Positions 24,109 through 34,561 of a stretch of DNA of 64,000 nt are shown here, piece by piece. The translations under genes and the position numbers were made by a program. The stretch spans positions 62,001 through 126,000 of IMG/VR virus record IMGVR_UViG_3300030108_006260; one strand, written 5' to 3'. The notes beneath the pieces were generated by a model, which was given only the letters and a program-made list of their open reading frames with translations, had not been told where the DNA came from and searched no databases. How positions within the stretch are numbered: the first letter of the stretch is position 1; each line of letters starts with the position of its first letter.

Positions 24109-24864
24109 CTATGAGCTTTTTCTTGATGCTGCTATTGAACCGTAGTTAACAACTATATCTCCACGGGACTTTAGGGATGCGATTATGTCGTCAAGTCCTG
24201 ACACAGGCACACCCATGTCGGAAAGATGAAAAGACATAGTTGATGCTGACTGTGGACCACTTGAAAGGTAAGTAAGGACATGATCCTCTATGTGAGGAAC
24301 AACATCACCCTCGTATAGTTCATAAAACCTAGACAGAAAAGCAGCTTCTGCTTCCACAGGAGTCATAGTAGGAGTTTTAGAGTTGTACACTTCAACATCG
24401 TCAAAGGGTTCGTCTTCTATTCCCCACTTCTTCATAAGGTCTGCGCCGTAAGGAAGAAGGTCCCTTGCTTCCGTAACTAGAACCTGATTGTCTACTTCGT
24501 GGACCTCCTTGGGAAGCTCCGTAGGTAATCCAAACCTAGGAGCAATGGCCCTTCGGTAAAGCTCATCTTCCATAGAAGTGTAATCAGGCATAAATACCTT
24601 GATAGGTCTTATTAAGTCGCCTACGTAAGCCTCGGTAGCGTCGTGAAGGAGAGCCGCAAGCTCAAATCCGCTAGCCACTTTTTGTGAGCAAATAACACTG
24701 TGTTGAGCTACGCTATAAAAGGTAGCACAATGACCGTTGTACCTGCATATGTGTGACAAAGCCCGCGAGATGTTTCCTATGAAAACAGATTCTGGCTTAG
24801 GGTCAAATGGATAAAAAGGCTTACCACTTGCTAGGGTGAACCAACTTTCCTTACGGGATATCAT
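24109..24864 (-). CDS. HD-domain hydrolase (YfbR-like 5'-deoxynucleotidase)
   Basis: ALSHICRYNGH, YSVAQHS, ALLHDATEAYVGD, D...L..EARDL. Confidence 0.88.
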   Translation of the reverse strand: MISRKESWFTLASGKPFYPFDPKPESVFIGNISRALSHICRYNGHCATFYSVAQHSVICSQKVASGFELAALLHDATEAYVGDLIRPIKVFMPDYTSMEDELYRRAIAPRFGLPTELPKEVHEVDNQVLVTEARDLLPYGADLMKKWGIEDEPFDDVEVYNSKTPTMTPVEAEAAFLSRFYELYEGDVVPHIEDHVLTYLSSGPQSASTMSFHLSDMGVPVSGLDDIIASLKSRGDIVVNYGSIAASRKSS

Positions 24865-24867
24865 ACA

Positions 24868-26178
24868 CTACTCCATGTCTTCAGGCCACCGTACGTAATC
24901 AAAAACGTATGCCATAGGCTTGTATGCCAAGACCGCATTCAACTTAGACAGGGGCACATCGAACTCTTCGGAAGCTTCTTTTGCAGAAACACCAACAGTG
25001 TATGATGTCCTACAATAAGCTTTCCAAATTCTCTGAGCCTCCTCGTCCTTTTCTATAAATGAACGAATAGACTCTACGTCGTCAGGATCAGCTCCTTCTG
25101 ACACTGCTGTTTTACAAGAAGAGTTCCACTTCCTAGTTTTAACTAGTCCACACAGACGGGCGCAGGCCATTCTTGAAAATGCGTAAGGAACGTCACCTTC
25201 ACTAGTGGAGGTGTCTATCTTTTCTAGAGTAGAAACAAGGGGGTAACCGGAAGACATAGAAGATTCCTTTTGAGCTTTAGTAAGTAACTTTTTATCAATA
25301 GTTGAGCGAGGAGGAGTAGAAGAAACAGAGGGACCACCTTTCATTTTTTGTAAGCGAGTTGCTTCCTGAGAGGGTGTTTTCTTCCTCTTCTTCCTCTTCT
25401 TTTTTACAACAAGAGGGGTATCCCTAGGATTTCTGGAATACTTGAGGTCTTCTCTTGATCCCAGAACCTTTACAATATATTGAAGGTCTTTCAGGTCTGC
25501 CCCGAATTGGGCTGACGCGTCCTTTACAGGAACTCCGCCTTCGTTTACTTCATACCAAGACCGCCAGAGAGAATCACTGGCTGTCTCTATGTACCGCTCC
25601 AACTCGGCTATCTTCTCCACTGCCATGCCGGAGGAGAGAGCTTTTTTCTGACAGCGAGATACCCAGCTACGTTTCGGAAGCGCCCCTGCTAGGTACAGAC
25701 ATGCGTTCTCTTCGAAGTCGTCCGGAAGACCTTCGTGGGAGAGTACTCCCTTCATAAGGGTACGGAACCTGATCTCTGAGGAAAGATCAGATAGGGCCTT
25801 TTTTGCGTCTTCTGTGAGGGAAAATGAGCCTTCCATAGTCAAGGCGTCGTTTAAGTCCTCTTTGGGTAGAATCACTTTCCTGAATCCTGGGAGGCCCTCT
25901 TCTCGATGAGCATCCAAAATTCTAACCCCGTGTATTGATTCCATTGCCTCGGGTTCATCGAATAGAAGAATAGAATGAATTCCTTCTACGTCCTGGACAC
26001 GAGCTAGGTCTCGTACTGACGTAACAAGAACAACGGGGAGCCTTTCGTCTTCCATCTGAAGAAAAGAATGAAGCTCACTTGGCCTCTTCTGATAAAAGTG
26101 TACGCGAAACTTACTTCGGTCACAGACCATTACAGCAATCTGTGGGGAGGTAAAAGCGAGTCCAATTAGGTTTGTCAT
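24868..26178 (-). CDS. hypothetical protein with a duplicated helical domain
   Basis: Two similar ~90-aa units (FEENACLYLAG...SW..RC...; FSRMACARLCG...KW..SC...), each ending in an HTH-like AS..F.v.l..l segment. Confidence 0.6.
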   Translation of the reverse strand: MTNLIGLAFTSPQIAVMVCDRSKFRVHFYQKRPSELHSFLQMEDERLPVVLVTSVRDLARVQDVEGIHSILLFDEPEAMESIHGVRILDAHREEGLPGFRKVILPKEDLNDALTMEGSFSLTEDAKKALSDLSSEIRFRTLMKGVLSHEGLPDDFEENACLYLAGALPKRSWVSRCQKKALSSGMAVEKIAELERYIETASDSLWRSWYEVNEGGVPVKDASAQFGADLKDLQYIVKVLGSREDLKYSRNPRDTPLVVKKKRKKRKKTPSQEATRLQKMKGGPSVSSTPPRSTIDKKLLTKAQKESSMSSGYPLVSTLEKIDTSTSEGDVPYAFSRMACARLCGLVKTRKWNSSCKTAVSEGADPDDVESIRSFIEKDEEAQRIWKAYCRTSYTVGVSAKEASEEFDVPLSKLNAVLAYKPMAYVFDYVRWPEDME

Positions 26179-26182
26179 TAAA

Positions 26183-28468
26183 TCAGTCCAAATACAATCT
26201 AGATCGGTGGTTCTTCATCTTTACAGTCCATATACGGTCATACTTTCGGGAGGACTGTAGATCCTGGTCATGGGCAGTTACTAGAATGGTACCAATGTCC
26301 AGGTCCCGTAGAAGCTCGTAACAAGCATGTCTACCCTTTTTGTCCAGATGAGTAAAAGGCTCATCAGCAATAAGGAGATTTGACGTTCTTTTACCCATCT
26401 TAGCAAAGGCAAAAATAATTGCTATACCTACACGCTTAGACTGGCCTCCACTTATGGATTTCAGTGGAATAGATTGTCCGCCCTTCTGAAATAGTAGGTC
26501 GAACCCGTCAGCCTTATCAGTTACTCTGAGTGAAACATCTCCCTGTGGGAACAGCTGCTTGAGGTACACAGGAAGAACTTGAGTCAAAAGCTCGGTACTC
26601 TCCCTGAGACCCAATTTCTTTAACTCTTTGAGAGTAAAGTTGACATAAGTCAGAGCCTGGTGCCTGTTCTTCTCCTTGGAAGATCCTTCCAAGGCACCTT
26701 CCAAGGATACTTTCTGTTCCTGGAAAGAGTTCCAGCGAGTTACCTTGTCAGATAAAGATAAAAGATCTTCGCTCACTTCTTCCAAAAAGGATTCCTTATA
26801 AAGGATGGATCCACGGGTCCGTTGTAGGGCGCTAGGGTCGTATTCGCTATCAGCATGCTGTAGTGCGAAGCGGTGCGCGGACTCTAACTTGTCTATCCTG
26901 TCTTTTATTTTGGAAAATCGAGAGCTGAGCTTGTCTGCCGAGACGGTAGAGGGTGTCAAGTCCTGAAGGCGTGCCTGGAGAGATGCCGCCTTTACCAAAG
27001 TACTGGACAGGGCCTTCAGCCTCTTCTTCTCTTTAAGGAGAGAGTCCATTTTCTCTTCAAGGGAGTCCACGTCCCCCGAAGGAAGGTCAATAATTTTAGA
27101 GTTAAGTTCTCTATATTCTCTAGCTTCATCTATCCTCTTAGTGAGAGAACGAATAGACTTTCCTATTTTGACTAAGCGATCTTGAATCGTAGAGATCTTT
27201 TCCTCTCGAACAGAAAGAAGGTCAGAAATCTCGCTTCCGTCTATCTGCCTCTGACATGTAGGGCATACTTCAGAACCTATTGATTTTAGGTTAGATACCT
27301 GCTGCTCGTACACAGCTAACTTCTTGCTGGCAGTATCCTTCTTGCTTAGATGAGATTCCTTCTTAGAAGATAGTGCTTCCGGATCGTCTTCCGACGCACC
27401 AGGCGGCAAAGAAGAAAGCTCAAGTTCAAGTAGAGACCTCTCCTTGACACGGGATATAAGAGGAGACAACTCCTCTTCTGCCGATAGAATGGAGGATAGC
27501 TCCTCTTGTACCTCGTCGTAGGTTAGGTCAGTATTGACTCCTAAGTCCTCTAGCTTTCTTGTAAGGTCAAGAAATAGTTCTTGATCGTCAATAGCTCTTT
27601 TTGTTGAAGAAAGCTTGTTACGTAGGGATTCTATCTCTTTTTTAATAGGACCAGCAGATAGTTTCAGTCCTATTTTTGACAGCCTCTTTATCCATTTATT
27701 CCGGACCTCTTCAACTTCACGAGCTTTTTCTAGCTTGTTTTCCTCTACTCGGAGAACTACAAGCTCCTTTTGTACTTTCTTCTGGTCTTCCTTCTTACGG
27801 AGAAGTTCTTCTTTTATAGGTCCTATGTCACCTAATGCGTCTAACTCCTCCTTTACGTGGCCCAACATCTCTTTAATATGAGTCTCATTGGGAAGAGGAA
27901 CAGCAGATATACGTCTGCTTGATTCCGTTATCATTGCGTCAATGGAATCTAGACCAAAGTACCTGCTCAAGTAAGCCTGCTTTTCAGATGGCTTACCTTC
28001 GATCATTGTATGCGTGTGCTTTTGACTTAGGTATACAGACCCAAGAAACTCTCTCCATAGAAACCCAGAATATTTTTGGGCAGCAGATTGTGCATTGTCA
28101 TACCCATCAGGAGCAATGTTGTTAGGAGAGTCTCCTAATCTTATTTCTATGGAAGTACCCTTCTCAGAATGCTTACGGTACTGGTCGACAGTATAAAGCA
28201 CGTCCCTCTTAAACCTGACACTGGTGTGATAGTTCTTGGGCTCTATAGCGTTAAGAAGGTCATTCTTCCGAGTCTCCTTAGAAGTCTTACCAAAAAGGGT
28301 GTGGGCAAGAAGCTCAAAAAGAGTAGTCTTACCAGATCCGTTACTATCTCCTTCATCAAGGTTCTGCCCCTGGATGCATACCAGTCCCTGATCCTCTAAG
28401 GGCATTTCTGCCTCTTGGATACATCCGGCGTTCTCTGCACGGAACGATTTAAATTCTGTCTTACTCAT
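26183..28468 (-). CDS. Rad50/SbcC/gp46-like SMC ATPase (recombination nuclease subunit)
   Basis: Walker A NGSGKTT, coiled coils, Zn-hook CPTC, signature ISGGQ, Walker B LLIADEP, H-loop. Confidence 0.92.
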   Translation of the reverse strand: MSKTEFKSFRAENAGCIQEAEMPLEDQGLVCIQGQNLDEGDSNGSGKTTLFELLAHTLFGKTSKETRKNDLLNAIEPKNYHTSVRFKRDVLYTVDQYRKHSEKGTSIEIRLGDSPNNIAPDGYDNAQSAAQKYSGFLWREFLGSVYLSQKHTHTMIEGKPSEKQAYLSRYFGLDSIDAMITESSRRISAVPLPNETHIKEMLGHVKEELDALGDIGPIKEELLRKKEDQKKVQKELVVLRVEENKLEKAREVEEVRNKWIKRLSKIGLKLSAGPIKKEIESLRNKLSSTKRAIDDQELFLDLTRKLEDLGVNTDLTYDEVQEELSSILSAEEELSPLISRVKERSLLELELSSLPPGASEDDPEALSSKKESHLSKKDTASKKLAVYEQQVSNLKSIGSEVCPTCQRQIDGSEISDLLSVREEKISTIQDRLVKIGKSIRSLTKRIDEAREYRELNSKIIDLPSGDVDSLEEKMDSLLKEKKRLKALSSTLVKAASLQARLQDLTPSTVSADKLSSRFSKIKDRIDKLESAHRFALQHADSEYDPSALQRTRGSILYKESFLEEVSEDLLSLSDKVTRWNSFQEQKVSLEGALEGSSKEKNRHQALTYVNFTLKELKKLGLRESTELLTQVLPVYLKQLFPQGDVSLRVTDKADGFDLLFQKGGQSIPLKSISGGQSKRVGIAIIFAFAKMGKRTSNLLIADEPFTHLDKKGRHACYELLRDLDIGTILVTAHDQDLQSSRKYDRIWTVKMKNHRSRLYLD

Positions 28469-28821
28469 GGATTTGGTACGGGTACTATGGGGCCGTACTT
28501 TAACTGTGCCCCTATCCGGGCGTCCGTCCTACAAGAATAGAGAACACAAACACGGGGACGTACGTCATACGTTGAGCACCCTTTTCCGTGAACATAGTAT
28601 ACGCAGTACCCATCTTCTCTTCTTTTAAGAACTTTAGAGGTACGATTTTGAAAAGTAGCCTCCTGCCACTCAAATGTCTCAGTCTCTTTTTCTGTAAGCT
28701 CTACTAGAAGCTGACAGCATGGAGACCTGCAATAACTGCAATCTGTCTTAGCGTCCTCAGCGTTTGCTAGAAGGGTATTTCCTGCCATTTCCGATATAGT
28801 AGGTAGTTTAAGTTTAGGCAT
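28465..28821 (-). CDS. YkgJ-like Cys-cluster (Zn/Fe-chelating) protein
   Basis: C..C...CC ... C.Y....C..Y..RP..C..Y.C pattern. Confidence 0.8.
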   Translation of the reverse strand: MPKLKLPTISEMAGNTLLANAEDAKTDCSYCRSPCCQLLVELTEKETETFEWQEATFQNRTSKVLKRREDGYCVYYVHGKGCSTYDVRPRVCVLYSCRTDARIGAQLKYGPIVPVPNP

Positions 28822-29914
28822 CTAGTCTACCATGGGTAATAACTCGTGACTTTAGGACAGTAAAATCCGCCACGTCTACGGCCGAAGACCCCGACTCGAT
28901 TTTAGATATAGCCTCCATATGTAGTCCCAATAGAGACACCAGATCTTCATAAGAAGGATGAGAAGAGGATCCTACAGTACTTTTTACAAACTTTGCAGTC
29001 TTGTCTTCGAGCATACCAGGAGATGCAAGGTACACACAGTAGTCCTTAAGAAATTGAACTACAACTTTCATGAAATACCCAATGTTATCTACTTTACGGA
29101 AACAAACCATAGAGCTTAGGTTGCCTTCAACAAGAAACCTAACGTATTTTGGAACTAAGCTGTGTGGTGATGCACCTAGAATCTTTGCAGCGAGTTCTGG
29201 AAGCTGCTTCTTTGCGTCATCAACGGATGCTTCCGGAGAAGAGGACGCCAACTGATCCAACAAAGTAAGGGCGTCTCTGACGTGCCCTTCCGACATATCC
29301 GCTATGTGCTCATAGACGCCTTTATCGAAACCTAAGTTCTCCTTCTCAGCTACCTTGGAAAGGTATCTTGTCATCTCACGATCAGATACTGTAGAGAACT
29401 TGATATGGACAGTCCTAGACAGGATGGTCTTAAGTAGTTTGTGAGGATCTGTAGTAACAAGTATAAATGTTACGTGAGGAGGGGGTTCCTCCAGAGCCTT
29501 AAGGAAAGACTGTGCGGCTGTAGCAGTGAGCTGATGTATCTCATCCAGTATGAATACTCTAGATTCGTATCTAGGACTAAAATGAGCAGTCTCTATGATT
29601 TGACGAACCTGGTCAATTCCCCTGGCCTCAGCAGCATTTATCTCCGTTATGTCCGGATGTGTGTCAATAGTAAGGCGACAGGAAGAACACTTACCACACG
29701 CAGCAAAAGGACCCTTCTCAGTACAGTTTAGGGATTTAGCTATAATACGACCAACTGTTGTTTTACCTGTGCCGTAGGGGCCAGAAAGAAGGAGAGTATT
29801 TCCCTTTACCTTGTTCTCTTTTAGGAGCCCATCTACCTGTGATCGTGCAGACCGTTGGCCTGCCACCATACCAAGTCTACGGGGACGATATTTGTCAACG
29901 AATCGTTTTGACAT
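28814..29914 (-). CDS. dnaX: DNA polymerase III gamma/tau-like clamp loader
   Basis: KYRP, GPYGTGKTT, CGKCSSC, EINAAEARGIDQVR, ILDEIHQL, LKALEEPP, SR sensor. Confidence 0.93.
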   Translation of the reverse strand: MSKRFVDKYRPRRLGMVAGQRSARSQVDGLLKENKVKGNTLLLSGPYGTGKTTVGRIIAKSLNCTEKGPFAACGKCSSCRLTIDTHPDITEINAAEARGIDQVRQIIETAHFSPRYESRVFILDEIHQLTATAAQSFLKALEEPPPHVTFILVTTDPHKLLKTILSRTVHIKFSTVSDREMTRYLSKVAEKENLGFDKGVYEHIADMSEGHVRDALTLLDQLASSSPEASVDDAKKQLPELAAKILGASPHSLVPKYVRFLVEGNLSSMVCFRKVDNIGYFMKVVVQFLKDYCVYLASPGMLEDKTAKFVKSTVGSSSHPSYEDLVSLLGLHMEAISKIESGSSAVDVADFTVLKSRVITHGRLDA

Positions 29915-29917
29915 ATG

Positions 29918-31003
29918 TTACTTTACTTTTTTGTATAGAGCGTATCTTGCTTTTAGATCGTTTACAGCCTCGGAAGTAGGAACGTCCAAGAACTCACACA
30001 GCAACTTTACTAGCTTACTTGGGGTAGAAAGAAGACTATCTACTGTGGTCGAGTAATTATCGAACAGGAACTTTTCGAACTCAGGCCCAGGGTCAGCACT
30101 AACAAAAAGGTCCATAACACGAGCAGCAGGCTTGCTAAGTCCCTCTCGCATAAAAGAAACGAAGGAGTCCTGGCTGACATCATTAAGGCAATCTCCTGTA
30201 GCCTGTAGGCCCTGTATAGGCAGGGAATCTTCCTGTGTAGATAGTCCCTGGATGCTCAAGGTAGTTGCCCTATAGTCAGCTACAGAATGCCTACAACTCT
30301 GAGGCTTGTCCGTGAGACAGAAAATGCAAGTACCACAGCCCTTTGTATTGTTTACAACGCGAGCACGAGAAGCACTGGTGTAGTATTGAATCAGGTTTAC
30401 TGCGTGATTACTGATACCCCTCTTAGCGTAGTTCTGAATCTTGGCTACCTCTCCACAATTCTCATAAATTCTAACTACTTGTATTCCTCGCGCGAGTAAT
30501 TCTGCTGACAGGTCTTCCAGATCAAACAACCGGTCATTGTCACTGAGAAAGCGGAGCTTTAGGTACGCTACCTTCTTGCAATACTTCTCAAGGTTCTTGA
30601 CTATGGAAGAAAAATCTTCGTCAGAAAGAAAACCTAGCTCCTCTTCCTGGGCCTTCTTCTCGATGGACCTCTTCTCGGAAGCAGTAAGGTTGTCCCAAAC
30701 GAAAGAGCATGACTCCGCGTCTACCTCGAATCTAGAGGCAGCCTCCTCTATGGATGCTTCTGATGAGGAATGAAGGTATAGAGACCTCCATACCTTTTTT
30801 GCGTCAAAAGAAGTCCTAATAAGGTCCCTAACTTCTGAGTAGAACAAGGTATACAGGGAGGGGCTGGCCTCCTTTATAAGGCATCTGTACTCCTTGTAGT
30901 CAGAGAACATGATAAGGTGACTGACAGCGTGCTTAAGGAGAGAACGTTCTCCCTGATCTGTTGTATGTGCTAGAAAATCTAGGATCCTATCTTTCAAATT
31001 CAT
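29918..31003 (-). CDS. divergent sigma-factor-like protein
   Basis: DLEDLSAELLARGIQVVRIY...NYAKRGISNHAVNLI resembles sigma region 2; C..C.FC...C insert; LSKPAARVMDL resembles the start of region 4. The similarity is remote. Confidence 0.45.
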   Translation of the reverse strand: MNLKDRILDFLAHTTDQGERSLLKHAVSHLIMFSDYKEYRCLIKEASPSLYTLFYSEVRDLIRTSFDAKKVWRSLYLHSSSEASIEEAASRFEVDAESCSFVWDNLTASEKRSIEKKAQEEELGFLSDEDFSSIVKNLEKYCKKVAYLKLRFLSDNDRLFDLEDLSAELLARGIQVVRIYENCGEVAKIQNYAKRGISNHAVNLIQYYTSASRARVVNNTKGCGTCIFCLTDKPQSCRHSVADYRATTLSIQGLSTQEDSLPIQGLQATGDCLNDVSQDSFVSFMREGLSKPAARVMDLFVSADPGPEFEKFLFDNYSTTVDSLLSTPSKLVKLLCEFLDVPTSEAVNDLKARYALYKKVK

Positions 31004-31010
31004 ACGTTTT

Positions 31011-31469
31011 TTATCTTTCGCTGTGATAAGGAGGACGGTAGTACTTGTCTCCTAGGAAATCAGAGAACCGGTCACTACAGGTTAGGTTAGGTGCTGCCGT
31101 TTGATAGAAGTGATGCAGGATACGTGCTTCATACAGTATGTTCAAGGTCGGATTAGATGCAGCAAAATCTATTTTATACTCGTCAAGGAAGTACCCAGAC
31201 TCAGCAGTAGTCAAAAAGTGGAGCCCGTGCATCTTGTACAGCTTACGCCACGTTACCAGAGAAAACATAGTCCTAGAAAGGTCACCATACCACCGGGAGG
31301 ATGTGCCAGAGAACTCCATTATTATGTTGCTACCGTCCGATCCTACAGTACGAATAACGAACACGTCTTTAGAGGGAGTACTTGATACTCCCATACTTCC
31401 TTTATCCTCCAAGGGAAAGGAAGGAGACAACACAGGAGACTGACACTCTTTCTTTACGTCTAGTATCAA
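31011..31469 (-). CDS. hypothetical protein
   Basis: 152-aa ORF in operon order. Confidence 0.55.
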   Translation of the reverse strand: MILDVKKECQSPVLSPSFPLEDKGSMGVSSTPSKDVFVIRTVGSDGSNIIMEFSGTSSRWYGDLSRTMFSLVTWRKLYKMHGLHFLTTAESGYFLDEYKIDFAASNPTLNILYEARILHHFYQTAAPNLTCSDRFSDFLGDKYYRPPYHSER

Positions 31470-32692
31470 GAGGACTTACCTGACATAGTTCCTGACAAGA
31501 ACTTCTTCACCAGCAAAGTTAAACTTCCGTGGCTGGAATCTAGATTCCCAACATCAGCCGGAAGAACTGTATCTGAATTTTTCAGGAAAGTAATGAAGCA
31601 CGTATGAGCTAGCATATTGTACTCGTCGGGGGTAATATCTTCAAATTCTCCCAAGTTCTTAATGAACTCAAGAAGGACGGAGGACGAAGAGTCGTCACAT
31701 GCGTCCCTCATAGACGCAAGCCAAAAGGGCCTGTCCTCTTTGCGAAGAGTGTCCGATGACAACACTACATTAGGGTCATTAGAAAAGTAGTCAGGATCAA
31801 GTTCAAGACTAGCTAGAGATTCACGTAAGAACGCACGAATAGTAGAGTAGTCTACTTTCTCTCTGCACACACCAAAAAGTTCGGGTATCTTGGAAAGTAT
31901 GACATCAGCACGGGCAGCTATGTCTACGGTATAGCCACACATTTCAAGCTTCCTAAGGGAGAAAAGTAAGTGCACTATGGATCTTATTTCTCTCGGCTGA
32001 ACAGCAATGCCCTTCCGGAGTAGAGATCCCACTACCATGGTAACCTGACTTGCTATAGCTTTCTTGTCGGCCACTGTCAAGGACTTTTTCCGGGCAGAAA
32101 AAATTAAAGACCGAAGCTTGTCACCTGAAGAAGCGGCTTTTCCTCCCGTACTGAATAACGAAACAATGTCACCTATGTGGTCATCCGTAGCTAGATCTTC
32201 TGTAGAGGGTACTCTGCATATGGAGAACCGGGATGCTAGAGCAGGATCAAGATATGAGGTACTGTACGCTCCTGGAGGATTTAGGGATCCAAATACGTAT
32301 TGAACCTTGGTCTTAAGTCCCATCACGGTCTTCTCTCTCACAAGCTCCATGGCTTTTGACGCTACCATGGGATTTACACGGTTTATTTCATCGATCAAAA
32401 CTGCGTCCGCATTCCATATTGAAATGGCTGTAGGTATGTGAGTGACTGTGCCCTTCATGAGAGAAGAAGGATCAGCGTATCCTAAGAAGTCGTCCTGACG
32501 AAGAAACCTAAGATCATATTTTCTATACTCGCATTCCGGACCTATAAGCTCTTCTGAGAGAATACGGGCTCCATCTGTCTTGTTGCATCCGTGTAATCCT
32601 ACGAATAGAATAGGATGATAGCAAGTAAGGCTGGAGAGTATTACAGGTTCTATACTGTCCCACCCAATAAACCCCAATGAGGATAAAATCAA
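31466..32692 (-). CDS. MoxR-like AAA+ ATPase
   Basis: VGLHGCNKT Walker A variant, VLIDEINR Walker B, SLNP, LDPALASRF. Confidence 0.85.
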   Translation of the reverse strand: MILSSLGFIGWDSIEPVILSSLTCYHPILFVGLHGCNKTDGARILSEELIGPECEYRKYDLRFLRQDDFLGYADPSSLMKGTVTHIPTAISIWNADAVLIDEINRVNPMVASKAMELVREKTVMGLKTKVQYVFGSLNPPGAYSTSYLDPALASRFSICRVPSTEDLATDDHIGDIVSLFSTGGKAASSGDKLRSLIFSARKKSLTVADKKAIASQVTMVVGSLLRKGIAVQPREIRSIVHLLFSLRKLEMCGYTVDIAARADVILSKIPELFGVCREKVDYSTIRAFLRESLASLELDPDYFSNDPNVVLSSDTLRKEDRPFWLASMRDACDDSSSSVLLEFIKNLGEFEDITPDEYNMLAHTCFITFLKNSDTVLPADVGNLDSSHGSLTLLVKKFLSGTMSGKSS

Positions 32693-32701
32693 AGCAATGT
32701 C

Positions 32702-34069
32702 CTATGGTTCAAAGAAGTTAGTAGATATAGTAGCAATAGAATCGAAGCCGTGAGGAAAGTGCTGTGAAGGAGATGAGGTAAAAACAAGGTACAAAAAGTC
32801 CAAGTTACTTTTAAGTAAAGAATGTAGGTTCTTAGATATGGAATCCGTATTGTCTGTGACAACAACAACCCGCCTAAACTTGTTATCGAGTATGTGAGAG
32901 GCTACAGAGTCGTAGGAAGTTCCGTTTGTGGAGTGAATACGATTATCCTCAGGAGAAACTTTAACTACTTCAGTACTAAACTGAAAAAACTCATCGCAAT
33001 ATTTATCAAAAGCGAGGGAGAGGGGTCGAGCAAGGGACCAATACTCTTTCATAGATCCACTTACGTCAATATACATCTTCATAGGTTCTTGAGGAGCAGG
33101 AAAAACATCTACGCTCCAAAACAAAGGGATAGACCCTGAGGATAAGTACATGGCCTCAGAAGACCCTATGCTTTCCATGAACAATGATCTATCTTGCATA
33201 GGCTCATCCTCTGAGTAGTAATCTACCAGAATAGTATCAATGTCAGGACTTCTTAGAAACTTGTCAAGGCACTCCTCAAAAGAGGGAATCATAATCTCAG
33301 TTCCCAAAGGAAGCTCTTCTGGCTCAAATGAGGAAAGGATCTTACTTTCTAGGTCAGATATGGGCCCAGTGTTCCCGTCTTCATGACCGTGGGTACCTAT
33401 AGTAAGGTAGGAATCGTAATCTTCACCTTTGGAGTCCGCTTCCTCCATCAAAAGACCAAAGCGCATCCACGTAGGATAAGCAATGTTATGTAATTTACCT
33501 TCTGCTAGAATTTCTAGTACAAGAGGAAAACTCGAAGCATGAAAAGAAAGCCAGTCTCTGTTCTTTTTGTACCATGCTCTAGCATCCTGTTGTATAAGAA
33601 GATCAAACCTTCCTTCCGCGTCCTTATAAAACCTTTCAACAAAATCGGTCGAAATGAAACGTAGAACAAGGTAGTTGATGTATATGTCCTCCCACAGGTT
33701 TCCGAAAGAGGCGCTTTTAAAAGAAAACATCTCAGATCCAAAAGACCTGGATATTAAAACGTGACCCCTTTCATGCAAGAGAACAAAAAATAAGTCCGTC
33801 CAGGAGTTTACTTTTTCTAAGAAGAAATCAATTCCTATTTCAAGGGATCCTGTCTTCAGATCAATCTGTGCCGTAGGGCACTCGTGTGAAAAAGAAACAC
33901 TCTTAACGAAGAAAAATAAGTTCAATCCTCTCTTTTTGTTCTTAGAACAAGATCTCCACGCAGAAAGTGACTCTGCTTCAAACAATGAGGAGAGTAGCTC
34001 TTTTTTAGCTTGAAGATGAAACCCTTCCCGAAGAAGAGATTTAACCTTTTCTAGGGAACCTGACCTCAC
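32702..34069 (-). CDS. HExxH metallopeptidase-like plus C-terminal vWA protein
   Basis: VLLHERGH...NLWEDIYIN; MIDAS-like YIDVSGSM, NGTS, VVVTD. Confidence 0.8.
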   Translation of the reverse strand: MRSGSLEKVKSLLREGFHLQAKKELLSSLFEAESLSAWRSCSKNKKRGLNLFFFVKSVSFSHECPTAQIDLKTGSLEIGIDFFLEKVNSWTDLFFVLLHERGHVLISRSFGSEMFSFKSASFGNLWEDIYINYLVLRFISTDFVERFYKDAEGRFDLLIQQDARAWYKKNRDWLSFHASSFPLVLEILAEGKLHNIAYPTWMRFGLLMEEADSKGEDYDSYLTIGTHGHEDGNTGPISDLESKILSSFEPEELPLGTEIMIPSFEECLDKFLRSPDIDTILVDYYSEDEPMQDRSLFMESIGSSEAMYLSSGSIPLFWSVDVFPAPQEPMKMYIDVSGSMKEYWSLARPLSLAFDKYCDEFFQFSTEVVKVSPEDNRIHSTNGTSYDSVASHILDNKFRRVVVVTDNTDSISKNLHSLLKSNLDFLYLVFTSSPSQHFPHGFDSIATISTNFFEP

Positions 34070-34075
34070 AGTACC

Positions 34076-34552
34076 CTAGTATAGAAAGGGATGAACAAGG
34101 AAGTCTAGTCCCGTAAGGTAGCATACACCGTTATCCGTATGGATACGTAGCGGATCTTCGTATATCTCGTACTCTGAAGAGTCCTTGAATGAAACCACGC
34201 GGGCTCTATAGAAAGATCGTGTCTGAGCGCACAGAAGAACTAGGCCCCTGCTATAATCCTGGGACAAGGACCCCAGCTCGGCACATGTTACTAACATGTC
34301 CGCTGTCTGTGCCTCCAGAGTAATCTCGGCAGTAAAATTATCAAAGGTAGAAAAGTCATACCCATTTAGGTATGAACAACTACCCTTACTCCTCAAGAAT
34401 AAAGCCGAGGGAGGAGCAGGTAGTTCAAGCGAAACATGTGTCTGAGTAAGAAGCTCTTTATAGAGAGGTATTAAAAACTCAAATATGTTTTCGTAGTCAA
34501 ATTGTAGTGCCCTGGAAAAAGGGGACTCTTTTAGAGAAAAGTGCTGCATCAA
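34076..34552 (-). CDS. hypothetical protein
   Basis: 158-aa ORF. Confidence 0.55.
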   Translation of the reverse strand: MMQHFSLKESPFSRALQFDYENIFEFLIPLYKELLTQTHVSLELPAPPSALFLRSKGSCSYLNGYDFSTFDNFTAEITLEAQTADMLVTCAELGSLSQDYSRGLVLLCAQTRSFYRARVVSFKDSSEYEIYEDPLRIHTDNGVCYLTGLDFLVHPFLY

Positions 34553-34561
34553 ACCTCGGAA

